A stretch of 64,000 nt of DNA, taken from contig MU053588.1 in assembly GCA_013239625.1 (NCBI GenBank), positions 3,810,799 through 3,874,798 on the forward strand, in the 5' to 3' direction. Within the stretch, counting starts at the first letter, position 1. Every line of letters begins with the position of its first letter. This DNA is from Lama guanicoe. Lineage: Eukaryota. The notes beneath the pieces are model-generated. The model saw only the letters and a list, made by a program, of their open reading frames with translations, had not been told where the DNA came from and did not search any database. A program made the translations under genes and the position numbers. Shown here in pieces: positions 35,250 to 46,821 of the stretch.

Positions 35250-35467
35250 GCGGCGGGAACTTCAGCTTGGGCGGATGAGGCACGAGCGACCTGTGCGACA
35301 ACGAGGGGTTTCCCGAGCTCCCCGGCTGCCGGCTGGCGCACCCGCTGGTCTGCAGCTCCAGTCAACGCGCGGTCATGGACTCCGAGTGCTACTCGGGCGC
35401 GGCTCCCGGCGCCCCCATCGCCCTGCCTCTGCTGGTGGTCGCGCTGGGCATCGCGGCCCTCTCTTGA
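35250..35467 (+). pseudogene. LU pseudogene exon 9 (LU4b and GPI signal)
   Basis: tctccgcag|GC...; GGGNFSLGG*GTSDLCDNEGFPELPGCRLAHPLVCSSSQRAVMDSECYSGAAPGAPIALPLLVVALGIAALS*; TGA at the expected Cys position 35276-35278; possible AGTAAA polyA signal at 35582. Confidence 0.8.
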
Positions 35468-36799
35468 GCCCTCGCACCCCAACCATCCTCCCCGTCCCCG
35501 AACCCCGCTTGTTGTTCGGCTAGATGGCGCTCTGATCTATACTGGGGCATTTCTAGGGGCCTGGAAGATTCTGGTGAGAAAGTAAAAAACCAGGAGTGAG
35601 CCTCCTCCCTTAGATGAAGGGCTTCCTTAAGGCTAGTCCTCTGTCCTCACACCCGGACCCCAGAGGCTATACCTCCCCCCTCAGACTAGGCTGATTTTCT
35701 TCCTCATAGTAGAGTTGCTGTCATGGTTACACGTTCTCCTTCAGGTTGGGGGCCCCAAAGACTAAGCATCCTTCTACAAAGTAGGGGGTCCCCAACACCA
35801 GGATACTCCCTCTGGCTAGGGTTGTGTCTCTTCTCGCCAGCACTGGGAAACAACTCCTGCCTCTGTCTTCCTCTTCAGGGTCTAGCAAAGTCCTGGGCAG
35901 CCAAGGCAGAGCTTGAGGACCAAATGCACACCCAAGCCCCCAGGCTTTTAGAGTGGCCCATTCCACTCCCACCATGGGCTCTCCTCAGTCTGGACTTAAT
36001 CTCCCAGTTGTAACCAAATCTGAATGAATCGCATCCCACAATGCCGTGTGCTTTGGGTTTCCTTTTTCTGACATCATACTCTGGAGCCCCTTATATGGTC
36101 TGCTGTCTCTTCTGGGAGTTCTGGGATCCGAGGGGACGTGCAGATGACAATGCTTGGGAGCCAGGATGGGCATAAGATCAAATGCTCAGTCTCGAGTGAG
36201 CATCATTTTAGAGCAAGCATTGGACCCAAAGGATTGAGCAGAGAGGTAAAGCTGGGGAACTCACAGGAGGCAGAATGCCAGGAACTATTTGCTCTCAGCT
36301 GACAGTAATAGAAAGTCCAACTAAAAGAACTGAAACAATTCACCCCGCATTCATTTAACCACTATTTATTGATCACCGTGCTATGCACCAAGCACAGTTG
36401 TAGACCCTGGACACACATAGTAAACAAAATCCCCAGCTCCCAGGAAGATTATGTTTTCGTGGGGGAGGAAGATGATAAACCTCTCATAGGGTATTCGAGA
36501 CGGTGATGAGTACTCTGGAGCAAACAGTGCAGGGAAGAGGAGTGGGGACCACTGCTAAAGGAGTGCACTTATGTACAGGGCAGGTGAGGAGGCCTCGGTG
36601 AGGTGACAGCTGAGTACAGACCTGATGGGGCTGTAGGGAGGGCCATGCAGATGTCTGGGGAACCAGCTGGGGGCATTCCAGGCAGAGGGAACGGCAGAGA
36701 CAAAGGCCCTGAGGCAGGAGCAGTGAGGAATAACTAACGTTGTACAGAATAATAGAAAGAACGGAGGTGGGGGTATCCAGGGGTCATTAATTCAACAGT

Positions 36800-38600
36800 A
36801 CAAAGTACTGCTTTTTACTTGTTAAGTAATATGCCTAGAAAGCAAAGATTTTGTGTTTTATTAAAATTATTTCCTCTGCTTCATGTGATCTTAATCAGAT
36901 CTCTGATTCCTTAGAAAAACAGAAACTTCTTAATATTTAAAGAGCTAAGTTTTGCTCAGAACTATGTAACCTTCTATATTTGCCTTTGAAATCTTTTTGT
37001 TACTTTGGTGAAGTAGGCAAGTGTCATTGCATGATAATCTGTGATCCAATTTAGTCAAGTATCCAAAACCTTTTGATGTTTTTTTTGACAAACTTCCCCC
37101 AAATAAAATTCTAAATAAAATCTTTTTGACCTGAAAGTAACTTTGGGAGTTTCCAGAGGGCCTCTGGAACATCTTAAAAGATTCATTCCCTTTATTAAAA
37201 AGTAGATATTAAACTTATTAGGCTAATTTGGCATGTTAAATGGCATGGGAAACATTGTCAAATAAGTGACAGTAAACCTTCTTAGGTTATATTGCATGGG
37301 TGAATATTATTAATGTGTGTTCTAGAAATTGTATGAATTCCTAACATTCTGATATGTCCTGGTATGATATTTTCGGTCATAATTCTAGTTACTGTCTTAA
37401 AATGTGTGTTTCAGAAATAACCAAATTTCCTTGTCAGTTGCACTATACTGAACTCTCTCTCATCAGAGCCCTAGCCATTGCCATTTTTGAGTCCTTTCTC
37501 TTTTATAAACAGTTATTGTTTTATTCAGGTGCTTTTACAAAAGCATTCCTGCAAAAGCACTTCCTATTCAAAGCGATTCCAGGAAAGGACTTTTGACAAG
37601 TACAAGTTTCTGCTAACTTTAAGATCATAAAAGTGACCTAGGTAAGAATTTCCAGAACTAAAGAAAAAACTGGATTCAAGCAGAACAAGCATTCATTACA
37701 TAGGACTGAATGAACTGAGGAGGATGATTATAATGTTGAAAATCACTTTTTGTTTGAAATAATACAGTTCTTTAATGTTTCGTTTTCTCATATTTAAGGA
37801 AATCTTTCCTCTTAAGCTATCTATGGCTTAACAATTTGACAAAGTACACCTTTGTAAACAAAAATTAAACATTCACTTTCTCTCTCTACTTGATCTCCCT
37901 CAAATTTGGAAATTTTTGAGTATTATTTTTATGGCGATATAGTTATTTACAAAAGTTCAAGAAAAACCTATTCTCCTTGTAATGGGACAATTAGAAACAT
38001 TGACTGTGTGACCAAGGCTTTAACTGGAATATCATATTCAAGTGAGATATGCTTAGACTCAGATAGGACAAGACAACTTTCAGGAACTGCTTGAACTTGG
38101 GCTTGGCTTCCTGGCCTTGAGAGGTTTTTAAGAGTTCCATCTGAGATTCCTCACAGAAGTTCCAAAAAAAACAGATTTAAAAAGAGCCTATGTGATCAAT
38201 CACTTTTCTTGCTGCATTTATGTAAATTTATGTAAATAATCAGGCCAAGTTTAATGCAAATAAATTTAATTTTACTCTGTATCTTTGATAAAAATGGGAG
38301 CAACTATAGGGAGAGAAATTATGTTTGCATCTTTGTCTATAATCCAATCCTGTAATGGTCTTTGAGGTTTTGCTATATACCTCTAAACTGGACTGGATCC
38401 TGAATACTTCTAGTTTCTTCAGATATCTGGCTATGAGTCTCCAAACTAATGTTTCAGTCACTAAGAGCAAAGATTGCCCTTGGATCTCCTTGGAAGGGAC
38501 TATACCAGGTACTGCTCATTACCTGGATGGCAGCCAAAATTCAGGGACTCGAACCTTAGAGACGCATCTCACAGCTGAGAAAGTCTCTGCTTTCTGCTAA
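36800..38600. mobile_element. AT-rich probable ERV1 internal-region remnant
   Basis: Abrupt AT-rich 1.8-kb block in a GC-rich context with no ORF; resembles the non-coding internal segments of MER4-group ERVs; family not verified. Confidence 0.4.
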
Positions 38601-41600
38601 GACCTGTCTGTCTTGGCTTAAAAGCCAGCCTAACCAGTTACTAGTTTTGTGACCTTGGGTGAGTATCTAGACCTCAGCTTTCCCGTTGGTGAAATGTGGT
38701 AATGATGGTTTCTACTTACAGAACTGATGTGAGGGTTGAAAGAGTTGATACAAGCAGAGAAATCAGAAGAGCACATGTGGTAAAAGTTCGGTCCAAGTAA
38801 CCAGGAGCCTTTACTATTATTACTGGGGAAGAGGATCCCCTTTGGATCATGCAGCCAGGATATGCATTTGACTCCCAGAACCCCTTTCTTTCTGCTCCCG
38901 GACATGGCCTGTCTAGAGAATGCCTGCCCTGAGGTGTGGGTGCGGAAGAGCCTGGGGTGGCAAGGCAGGGATAAGGAAGGAAGGAGATGTTTCTGTGCGA
39001 CTGAATCCCCCACGGATGGGGCCAGGATATGATCCACGTCGCTGAGCCAGCAGCCCGTGGCAGGTGTTCAGGAAATGCTTGCAGGCGGAAGCGGTCATTG
39101 AATGAATGACCATGACTCTGGAGTCTGCAGCGGGGAGAAGGGGACTTTGGGGGTGGGGGTGGGGCCAACCTGGACAGAGACTTTAATTTTATTGTACATT
39201 TCTACTGAAATAATCATGACACTCCCGGAAAAGCCTTTGGTTCCCCCCACAGGTGAAAGGTGTAAAATCCTCACTGTGGGCTGTCATGATATCTGGGGCC
39301 AGGTCACCTCTCAGGCCTCATCTCCTCGAACTCAACCCCTCGTCACTCATTTCCCTCCGTACCAGCCACCGTGATCCTTCCTGGACACACCAGGCTCACT
39401 TCTGCCTCAGGACCTTTGCACTTCCATGCCCTCTGCCTGGAATCCTCTTCCTCCTGATGCCCACGGGGCTTGTTTCCTTACTTCATTCAGATCTCTGCTC
39501 AAATGGAATGTCACCTTCTCAGACAGGCTTTCCCGGACCACTCTCAAAAATAGCACACTCCCTCCCCCAAATCACTTGGCTATTTAGTGACCTAAAACTT
39601 GTTATTTCTCACAAGTCTGTGGGTTGGCGGGGCTCAGCCAGAAGGTCCTGCTACTTCCATGTGGTGTCAGCTGGGGTGATTCCTATGGCTGCATTCAGCT
39701 GGAGCTCAGCCGTGGCTGGAATGTCCCTGATGGCTCCAGGCTCATCTCCACGTGGCCTCTGTCTGCTCCACGGGGTCTCTCCAGCAGGGTAGCAGGACCT
39801 CTACGTCGTAGCCCAGGGCTCTGAGGAGGAGAAAGCAGAAGCTGCCTTCTTAAAGTCTGGCTGTGGAAATCCCAGAATGTCATTTCTGCTACATTCTGTT
39901 GATCACAGCAAGTCACAAGACCGGCTCAGGTTCCGGAGAGCATAGAGACCCTCTCTCTTGATGGGAAGAGCAGCCTGTGTCTACAGAGAGGGGAGAGAGA
40001 GTTGGCAGCCGTAGCTACAGCAAATACAGGAAGTACCATCTCCATCACTGCTGTGTTCCTGGACTAGCAGACGCCAAGTAGACACTTGGGAAGCACCTTC
40101 ATTGATTCTGTGATGTGCCTCCTACCTTCTGCCGCATTTTAGCAAGTCTGAAATCAGGAAGAGTCACGGTCGATGGCGCCTTACAATCGCCATCAGCCAG
40201 GCAGCCATGGTTTCGTAGCTGTCACCACCTGGATGTGATAATACAGCTGCTTTGAATTGCTTCACGGCTGCTCCCCAGTGGAGGACAGAGGACTCGTGGT
40301 GTGCAACAGCACGGCTGTCCATGGCTCAGGGGCAGGAGTGACTCCACGGAGCCGGACTCTGCTTGTAGGTACAGCTGAGCCAGTTCACATCCCTTGCATT
40401 TTCTTAGTTGACACAGACAAGACAATAAGATACAGATGGCCTTTGCCTTCATGGAACTTATATTTTTGGGAAGATGTAGATAATAAACAAAAATATGATA
40501 GTGTCAAAGAGCATTCCTAGATACAACACATGAGTGGTATATGATAAAAATCCATATTTTCTAAGTCTACAAAGAGCTCTCGCAGTAAGTGTAAAATAAA
40601 CATTTTAAGTGATAAAAGGAAATAGAATTTTATTGGCAGTATCCCCCCCACTTATTAGTGGGATAGAAAATGATGCATCTGACAACCAGTGGCACCTCAG
40701 TTTGGGTGATCTGGGGAGCAAACTGGTGGAAGGAGTGGATGATGGGAAGATGTGTTCATCTCGTGTGTCTGTCTCCCCTCAGCTCAGCTCCTGGGTTTTG
40801 TGTCTGTCTTGGGAAGACAGGTGGGAAATCAGAATTCTAGCCCTGGTTAGATGAGTCACTCCTTGTGACAGGCTTCACACCCACACCTGGCGCATCCTAA
40901 ATGCTCAGTAAGGGAACACTGGGCCCTAGAGTGTGATCACATCAGCAGCCCCACCAGCCCAGGAGGTCTGTGGGAGCAGAGATGAATGTGAATCATACAT
41001 CTGGACCAGCACAGGGACTGGCCTAGAGTCGGGTCTAAACAGATGTTTGTGGAATGACTCAGTGAATTATTGGGCAAATGAGCTCTCTCTCTCTCTCTCT
41101 CGCTCTCTCTCTCTCAACTCCTGTTTTTTGCACGGGCTGGTGCCTTAGCCTGGGAGGCAACTCCCTGGCAGGCCATGGTTCACTCCTACTCATCCTTCAG
41201 ATCTCAGCTCAGATGCCTCCTCCTCCAGGAAGCTCTCCTTGACCCCTGAGCTGGGTCAGGTGGCCCCTTTGTGCTCCCACAGACCTCCAGTGTTCCCCAT
41301 TCCAGTCCAGCTGACTCTGGGCCTCCACTGTCTGGGGATAAATCTCTGAGTCCTGTGGGGGCAGAGCCCAGAGCTGTCTGGGACATTGCTGCGTTCCCAG
41401 CACCCAGCCCAGGACAGGGCCTGGAGAGATGCTGAATGTTTGATGAGTGAAGAGAGGAGAGGAGGCTTGGCAGACAGGCATGGGTGCAGCGTCCCTGGCT
41501 GGCGCTCTCAGGAGCTGAGAGAAAAACCCCTGGCAGCATGCCAGCTGGTATCAGGTGCGTCTGTGCTGATGCCCTGCAGCTGTCTTGGCACACAGTCACA

Positions 41601-42632
41601 CTGAGCTGTGACCACCCCCTTTTCCTCCGACATGGAGCCCCCATGGGCAGAACCTGTCCTGATGCACTTCTGGGGCCCTGGCTCATGTCTGGGCACATGA
41701 GATCAGGAGCTGGAGGAGAATGAATGGACCTGGTGGGTTTCTAGAGATGCCATCCATATTTATTGCCTGTGTGTCATCGTGTCTCTTCTGGTCTGGAGGT
41801 CTGTGAGCGCCTGAATGTGGGTGGTTTGCAAGGCTGTTGCATCATGTTTGTCTAAGTTTGGTGTTTCCGTAATGACTCTGTATTTGAGGATCTGTGTCCT
41901 TGCTTTCCCTCGTGGGCTAGAGGTGTGTGTCTGTGAATTTGGCGGGGAGGAAACCCGGTCTGTGTGTTTGCTGCCTGGGAATGTCTGAAACTATTTTGCA
42001 ATCTCAGGGTCTCTGCATTTGCGTCCGTCAGCGAGGATGTGAATGAATCTGCGTGATTGCTGGTCTGCGTTTCCCTCTTGACTATGGTTTAAGGATGCTG
42101 TGTTCTGTAATCAGCAGACTACTCTTCCCCATTCTCAGTGTGGCCATGAGCTAGTCTCTTCCCCTTCTGGGCATCCACTTTCTCCTCAGCTGTTTTTGGA
42201 GGCTCCTTTCCAGAACTAAGCTTCGAATCCTTCAGGAAAATCCTTTGAGTAGCAGGGACCTCGGGTTACATCGCAGGAAATGGGGGTGGAGGAAGGCTTG
42301 GGCAGAGAGGAGGCCAGGAGGCAAGGCAGTGTGGAGACAGTTACAAAAGGGCCAGAGGGTCCAGGGGAGGCTTAGAAGCTGCAGAGATGGGGCCAGAACT
42401 GAGGGGAGCTGGGGGAGTCCCCTGTGGCTGGGGTTCGGGTATCTTGGTCTCTAGAACTTCAGCTCCTTCTCTGTGTGCATCTCAATCCCATCCCCAGGGG
42501 CTCGGCTCTCTGACTCTGAGTCTGTTCCGTCTCTGAGCTGGTCTCTCATTCACTGTGTTCTCCTGCCTGACTCTCCCTCTGTTTTTTTCCTGGGAGTCTC
42601 TTTCCCACCTCAGCTCTCTTCTCTCTCTCTCT

Positions 42633-42763
42633 CTTTTTTTTTTTGGAGGGGCAGGTAATTAGGTTTATTCATTTATTTATGTTTGGGGGAGGTACTGGGG
42701 ATCAAACCCAGGACCTTGGCTGTGCTAAGCATGCGTTCTCCTAGTTGAGCTACACCCTCCCCC
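42633..42763 (-). mobile_element. tRNA-Ala-derived SINE
   Basis: Reverse-complement head, spacer, poly-T. Confidence 0.85.
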
Positions 42764-43454
42764 ACACCCCATCCCTCTCTTTTCTCATTCACATCTCTTC
42801 CTACTTTCATCTCCCTCCTTATCCCACTGATGCCATTTGTAATGGTCTTGAGGAAGCCGAGGAGACAGAAAGCAGAATGGAGGAAGGTGTCCTGGAAGAG
42901 TCAGCACCTGAGTTGGGATTAGAAGGATGGGCTGGGGGCTGGGGAGGAGAGGATGTTCAAATTCCAGGGCAGAAGGAAGGCCAGGGTCAGGGAGCCTGGA
43001 AACCAGATACTGAATTGGGGTGTGGGCACTGCCCCACCGCCACCATGGGCCACGAATCCTGGCCAGGGCCAGGCAGGGTCATGCTGGCCTCTCGCCAATG
43101 TTCCCTCTCATCCCAGCCAGGGCTGGCTGAGCTCAATCACCACCCCTGGGGCATGCACAACCTTTGGTGAGGTGGGTAGGTGAGTAGATAGTGCAGAGAA
43201 GGGAAAGTGCATGACTTGTTTGGGAAACTGAGTTCTGGGATGGAGGAGAAATAGAGGGTGGAGTGGCCAGCAGGGCCAGGTCCTCAGATGCCAGGCTGCT
43301 GAGCTGGGACTTTGTCCTGGGGATGATGGAGACCACTACCAGGTTTGAATAAGTCTTGGTGTCAGAAAGATCTCTCTGGGTCTCTGGTGGGGGACTGGGG
43401 GCCCAGTGAGACCAACCAAGTGAGCAGCTGGGGGTGGGGTCCCTGCCCCACCAT

Positions 43455-43625
43455 GGGACCCCGCCCCCTGACATCACTCACATTATTGCACTAGGGCTGG
43501 CTGGCCAATAAGCTGCAGCTTGCTATTATAATGGGTCCTAGCAACGGGCCCTGGCCTTGGGCTAACAGGGAGGAGACCCCACCAGCGGGGAGAGTGTGAG
43601 GGGAGAGGGAGAGCCTGCAGAGCAG
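43455..43625 (+). promoter_or_regulatory. IRGC: Putative IRGC promoter and non-coding exon 1 (donor CAG|GTGAGT at 43625/43626; intron to acceptor at 45359)
   Basis: GC box at about 43459-43467, CRE-like TGACATCA 43469-43476, CCAAT 43505-43509, TATAA 43527-43531, X-box-like GGTCCTAGCAAC 43534-43545. A strong pyrimidine-rich acceptor lies 67 nt upstream of the ATG. Confidence 0.6.
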
Positions 43626-45426
43626 GTGAGTCCCCCCGAGAGCAGAGCTCTCCAGCTGGGCCCCTTGGGTCAGCCAAGGCAGCTGTGTCCAATCCCAATC
43701 CCAGCTCCCTCAGCACTAATTCCACCCAGTGGCCACTGGCTGTCCACCCCTTGCAGTGGGACCCAGGATCTCCCACTTCTCTACCCAGGCCATGCCCGGG
43801 GTGCAGGAGGGACTAGGTGGAGCCCGGGGGAAATACCCCTGCCTGGGATAGGGAATCAGACCTGGCGGGAACAAAGGAATAAGAACCTTTTTCTGCAAGG
43901 GGTGGGGATGGCGTTGGGGATGGCTGTGGGGATGGGGGCAGCCAAGGAGACGAGAGGGGAGGCAAAGACACATGGCTGAAGGGAGAGCAGCTCTTCGGAG
44001 GGACCTGGGTTTGAGTCCTGGCTCTGCCTCTAAGCGGGGACATCACTTTTCTAATCTGAGTCTCAGTTCGTCTCCATCTGATTGGGACAATGATCCCTGA
44101 CCTGAGCGTCTCTCCCAGGGTTCCCTGAAGAGCCTTAGTCAATGAGGAAGTGTATTTTAGAGGCGATGGACAAGAAGAGAGTGTGACCAGGAAGAGGGAG
44201 GGCCAGGGAAGCTCTAAGGTGAGGAGAATGGGATCCCAGGAGAGACCATCATGACGGCTCTGGGAGGTGGGAGGGGACTTGGCCGAGCATGGCCTGCCGT
44301 GCAGGGCTCGGTGTTTAATGAGATGCCTGGTGTGGGGGTCTCCCCGACGCAGGCACCTCCACCAGCTGAACCCAAGAACGTCTCCAAAGATGACCTAGGG
44401 ACAGACAGATGATGGCCCTCATGATGGTCACAGCAGCCCCACAGGGTGGGCAAGGTTATCTTCCAGGGTGCAGACCCTGCAGCTGAGGCTCAGAGAGGGC
44501 AGGAACATCACAGCCAGGACTGTTCATCATGATCATAATAATGACAACAATGCTGATAGCACAGACCACCTGCTCTGGGTCAGGCACAATTTTAAGTGCT
44601 GTCTATGAACCCATTTCATTCTCAACAGCCCCGGGAGGTGGTTTGCTATCATGATCCTTATGATCTTACAGATGAGGCTAGTGAGGCAGAGTTAAGGAAC
44701 TCGCCCCTAGTCACTCAGCCCTTCAGTGGCAGAGGTCCTAGGGACCTGGGGCTAGGTCCTAGGCAGCCTGGCTCCAGGGTCTGGGTCTGCTTTGCCATCA
44801 CTTCACGTTGCTCCCAATCGCAGCAGCAGGAACGCAGTCGCTCTCTGCCTGGGCCCAGGAACGGGGCTGAAGTCCCTTCCTTTGCAGTCCTGACTATGTA
44901 AATTGAAGGACCAAGCTTCAGATATTTAGAAATTTCAGTCAGTGTCAGTAGAGCTTTAAGCCAAGAGCTGGGCCTTCTAAGTCTGGGGCCCTGTGTGACC
45001 GCACGGGTCACAAGTTGCCCATAAAACGGTCCCCATTCCTAGATTATCCCAGAGACTCCTTAGCGCCTCAGAAGCTGGTCAGTCACTAGCAGAGAAGCAA
45101 AAAGGCTCAGAGAGTGCCTCATTTTACCCCAGGTCACACAGCAAGTTAGCCGTGGAAATGGGATGTGAACCGGAGCCTGCCAGACTCCAAAGCCCCCACC
45201 CCACCCCACCCCCGTCCAAAATGCACCCCAGGTTTTTAAGGAGGAGAGGGCTGTGGGGTTCTTGAGAGACTTCCTTTCTACCCCTGGTGTCTCTCTCTCT
45301 TTGCCTCATGCCAAGGCCCAGGAGGCGTGAACTGCTCCCTTCCCACCCCTCCCCCGCAGACGCTGAGGATCCTGCGTCAGTCCGTGACTCTCCCACAGCC
45401 CCCGCGCCGCTGAACCGCTGGTCACC

Positions 45427-46821
45427 ATGGCTACTTCCAAGTTGCCAGCGGTGCCCGGGGAGGAAGAGACCACCATACTGATGGCCAAGGAAGAGCTGGA
45501 AGCCCTGCGCACCGCCTTCGAGTCGGGCGACATCCCCCAGGCTGCCTCCCGCCTCCGGGAGCTGCTGGCCTCCTCGGAGAGCATCAGGCTGGAGGTGGGC
45601 GTCACAGGCGAGTCAGGCGCCGGCAAGTCGTCCCTGATCAACGCCCTCCGCGGCCTGGGAGCCGAAGACCCCGGCGCGGCTCTCACCGGCGTCGTGGAGA
45701 CCACAATGCAGCCCTCGCCCTACCCGCACCCACAGTTTCCAGACGTGACCCTGTGGGACCTGCCAGGGGCCGGCTCTCCCGGCTGCCCCGCCGACAAGTA
45801 CCTGAAGCAGGTGGACTTTGGCCGCTATGACTTCTTCCTGCTGGTGTCCCCGCGCCGCTGCGGCGCCGTGGAGATCCGCCTGGCCTCCGAGATCCTGCGC
45901 CAGGGTAAGAAGTTCTACTTCGTGCGCACCAAGGTGGACGAGGACCTGGCGGCCACGCGCACGCAGCGGCCCTCGGGCTTCAGCGAGGCGGTGGTCCTGC
46001 AGGAGATCCGCGAGCACTGCGCCGAGCGGCTGCGCGGGGCTGGCGTGAGCGATCCCCGCATCTTCCTCGTGTCCAACCTCTCGCCCGTGCGCTACGACTT
46101 TCCGCTGCTCGTGTCCACCTGGGAGCACGACCTGCCCGCGCACCGGCGCCACGCCGGCCTGCTGTCTCTGCCCGACATCTCACTGGAGGCCCTGCAGAAG
46201 AAGAAGGACATGCTCCAGGAGCAGGTGCTCAAGACGGCCCTGGTGTCGGGCGTCATCCAGGCTCTGCCGGTGCCCGGGCTGGCGGCTGCCTATGACGACG
46301 CGCTGCTCATCCGCTCGCTGCGCGGCTACCACCGCAGCTTCGGCCTGGACGACGACTCGCTGGCCAAGCTGGCGGAGCAGGTGGGCAAACAGGCCGGGGA
46401 CCTGCGCTCGGTCATACGCTCCCCGCTGGCCAACGAGGTCTCCCCTGAGACTGTCCTGCGGCTCTACTCGCAGTCTTCCGACGGTGCCATGCGGGTGGCC
46501 CGGGCCTTTGAGAAGGGCATCCCTGTGTTCGGTACGCTGGTGGCTGGAGGCATCAGCTTCGGCACCGTCTACACCATGCTCCAGGGCTGCCTCAACGAGA
46601 TGGCCGAGGACGCCCAGCGGGTTCGCATCAAGGCCCTGGAGGAGGATGAGCCCCAGACTGAGGTCAGCCTGGAGGCGGCTGGTGACAATAGCGTGGAAAA
46701 GCGGGGGTCTGGGGAGGGGAACAGCGAGGAAGTCCCGCTCTCGGCCCGGCAGAAGCTTGGCCTCCTTCTCAAGTACATTCTGGACAGCTGGAAGAGGCGG
46801 GACTTGTCCGAAGACAAATGA
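45427..46821 (+). CDS. IRGC: Immunity-related GTPase cinema / interferon-inducible GTPase 5, 464 aa, single coding exon
   Basis: MATSKLPAVPGEEETTILMAKEELEALRTAFESGDIPQAASRLRELL...; G1 GESGAGKS, G3 DLPG, G4 TKVD; Kozak accATGg; lies between PLAUR and SMG9. Confidence 0.97.
   Translation: MATSKLPAVPGEEETTILMAKEELEALRTAFESGDIPQAASRLRELLASSESIRLEVGVTGESGAGKSSLINALRGLGAEDPGAALTGVVETTMQPSPYPHPQFPDVTLWDLPGAGSPGCPADKYLKQVDFGRYDFFLLVSPRRCGAVEIRLASEILRQGKKFYFVRTKVDEDLAATRTQRPSGFSEAVVLQEIREHCAERLRGAGVSDPRIFLVSNLSPVRYDFPLLVSTWEHDLPAHRRHAGLLSLPDISLEALQKKKDMLQEQVLKTALVSGVIQALPVPGLAAAYDDALLIRSLRGYHRSFGLDDDSLAKLAEQVGKQAGDLRSVIRSPLANEVSPETVLRLYSQSSDGAMRVARAFEKGIPVFGTLVAGGISFGTVYTMLQGCLNEMAEDAQRVRIKALEEDEPQTEVSLEAAGDNSVEKRGSGEGNSEEVPLSARQKLGLLLKYILDSWKRRDLSEDK

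Larger units (their letters stand above)
23734..35467 (+). pseudogene. Unprocessed pseudogene of a GPI-anchored four-LU-domain (Ly6/uPAR; PINLYP/PLI-gamma-like) protein; 9 exons at about 23734-23792, 24843(or 24817)-24944, 25202-25351, 27170-27313, 29035-29174, 30675-30788, 32372-32537, 32796-32942, 35250-35467
   Basis: Signal-peptide exon, then eight half-domain exons with LU cysteine spacing (CxxC...C...C...C / C...C...CC...C) and mostly intact phase-1 AG/GT boundaries, ending in a hydrophobic GPI-type tail. Several stops and frameshifts. Confidence 0.85.

Noticed and set aside
35276..35278. In-frame TGA at a Cys position read as selenocysteine
   Set aside because: The gene has many other disabling lesions, no SECIS element was recognised, and TGC/TGT>TGA is a single-base nonsense change.
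23734..35467. Calling the four-LU pseudogene CD177, PINLYP or LYPD5
   Set aside because: As I recall, those genes lie elsewhere in the syntenic cluster, and the reconstructed peptide does not match their sequences; no symbol assigned.
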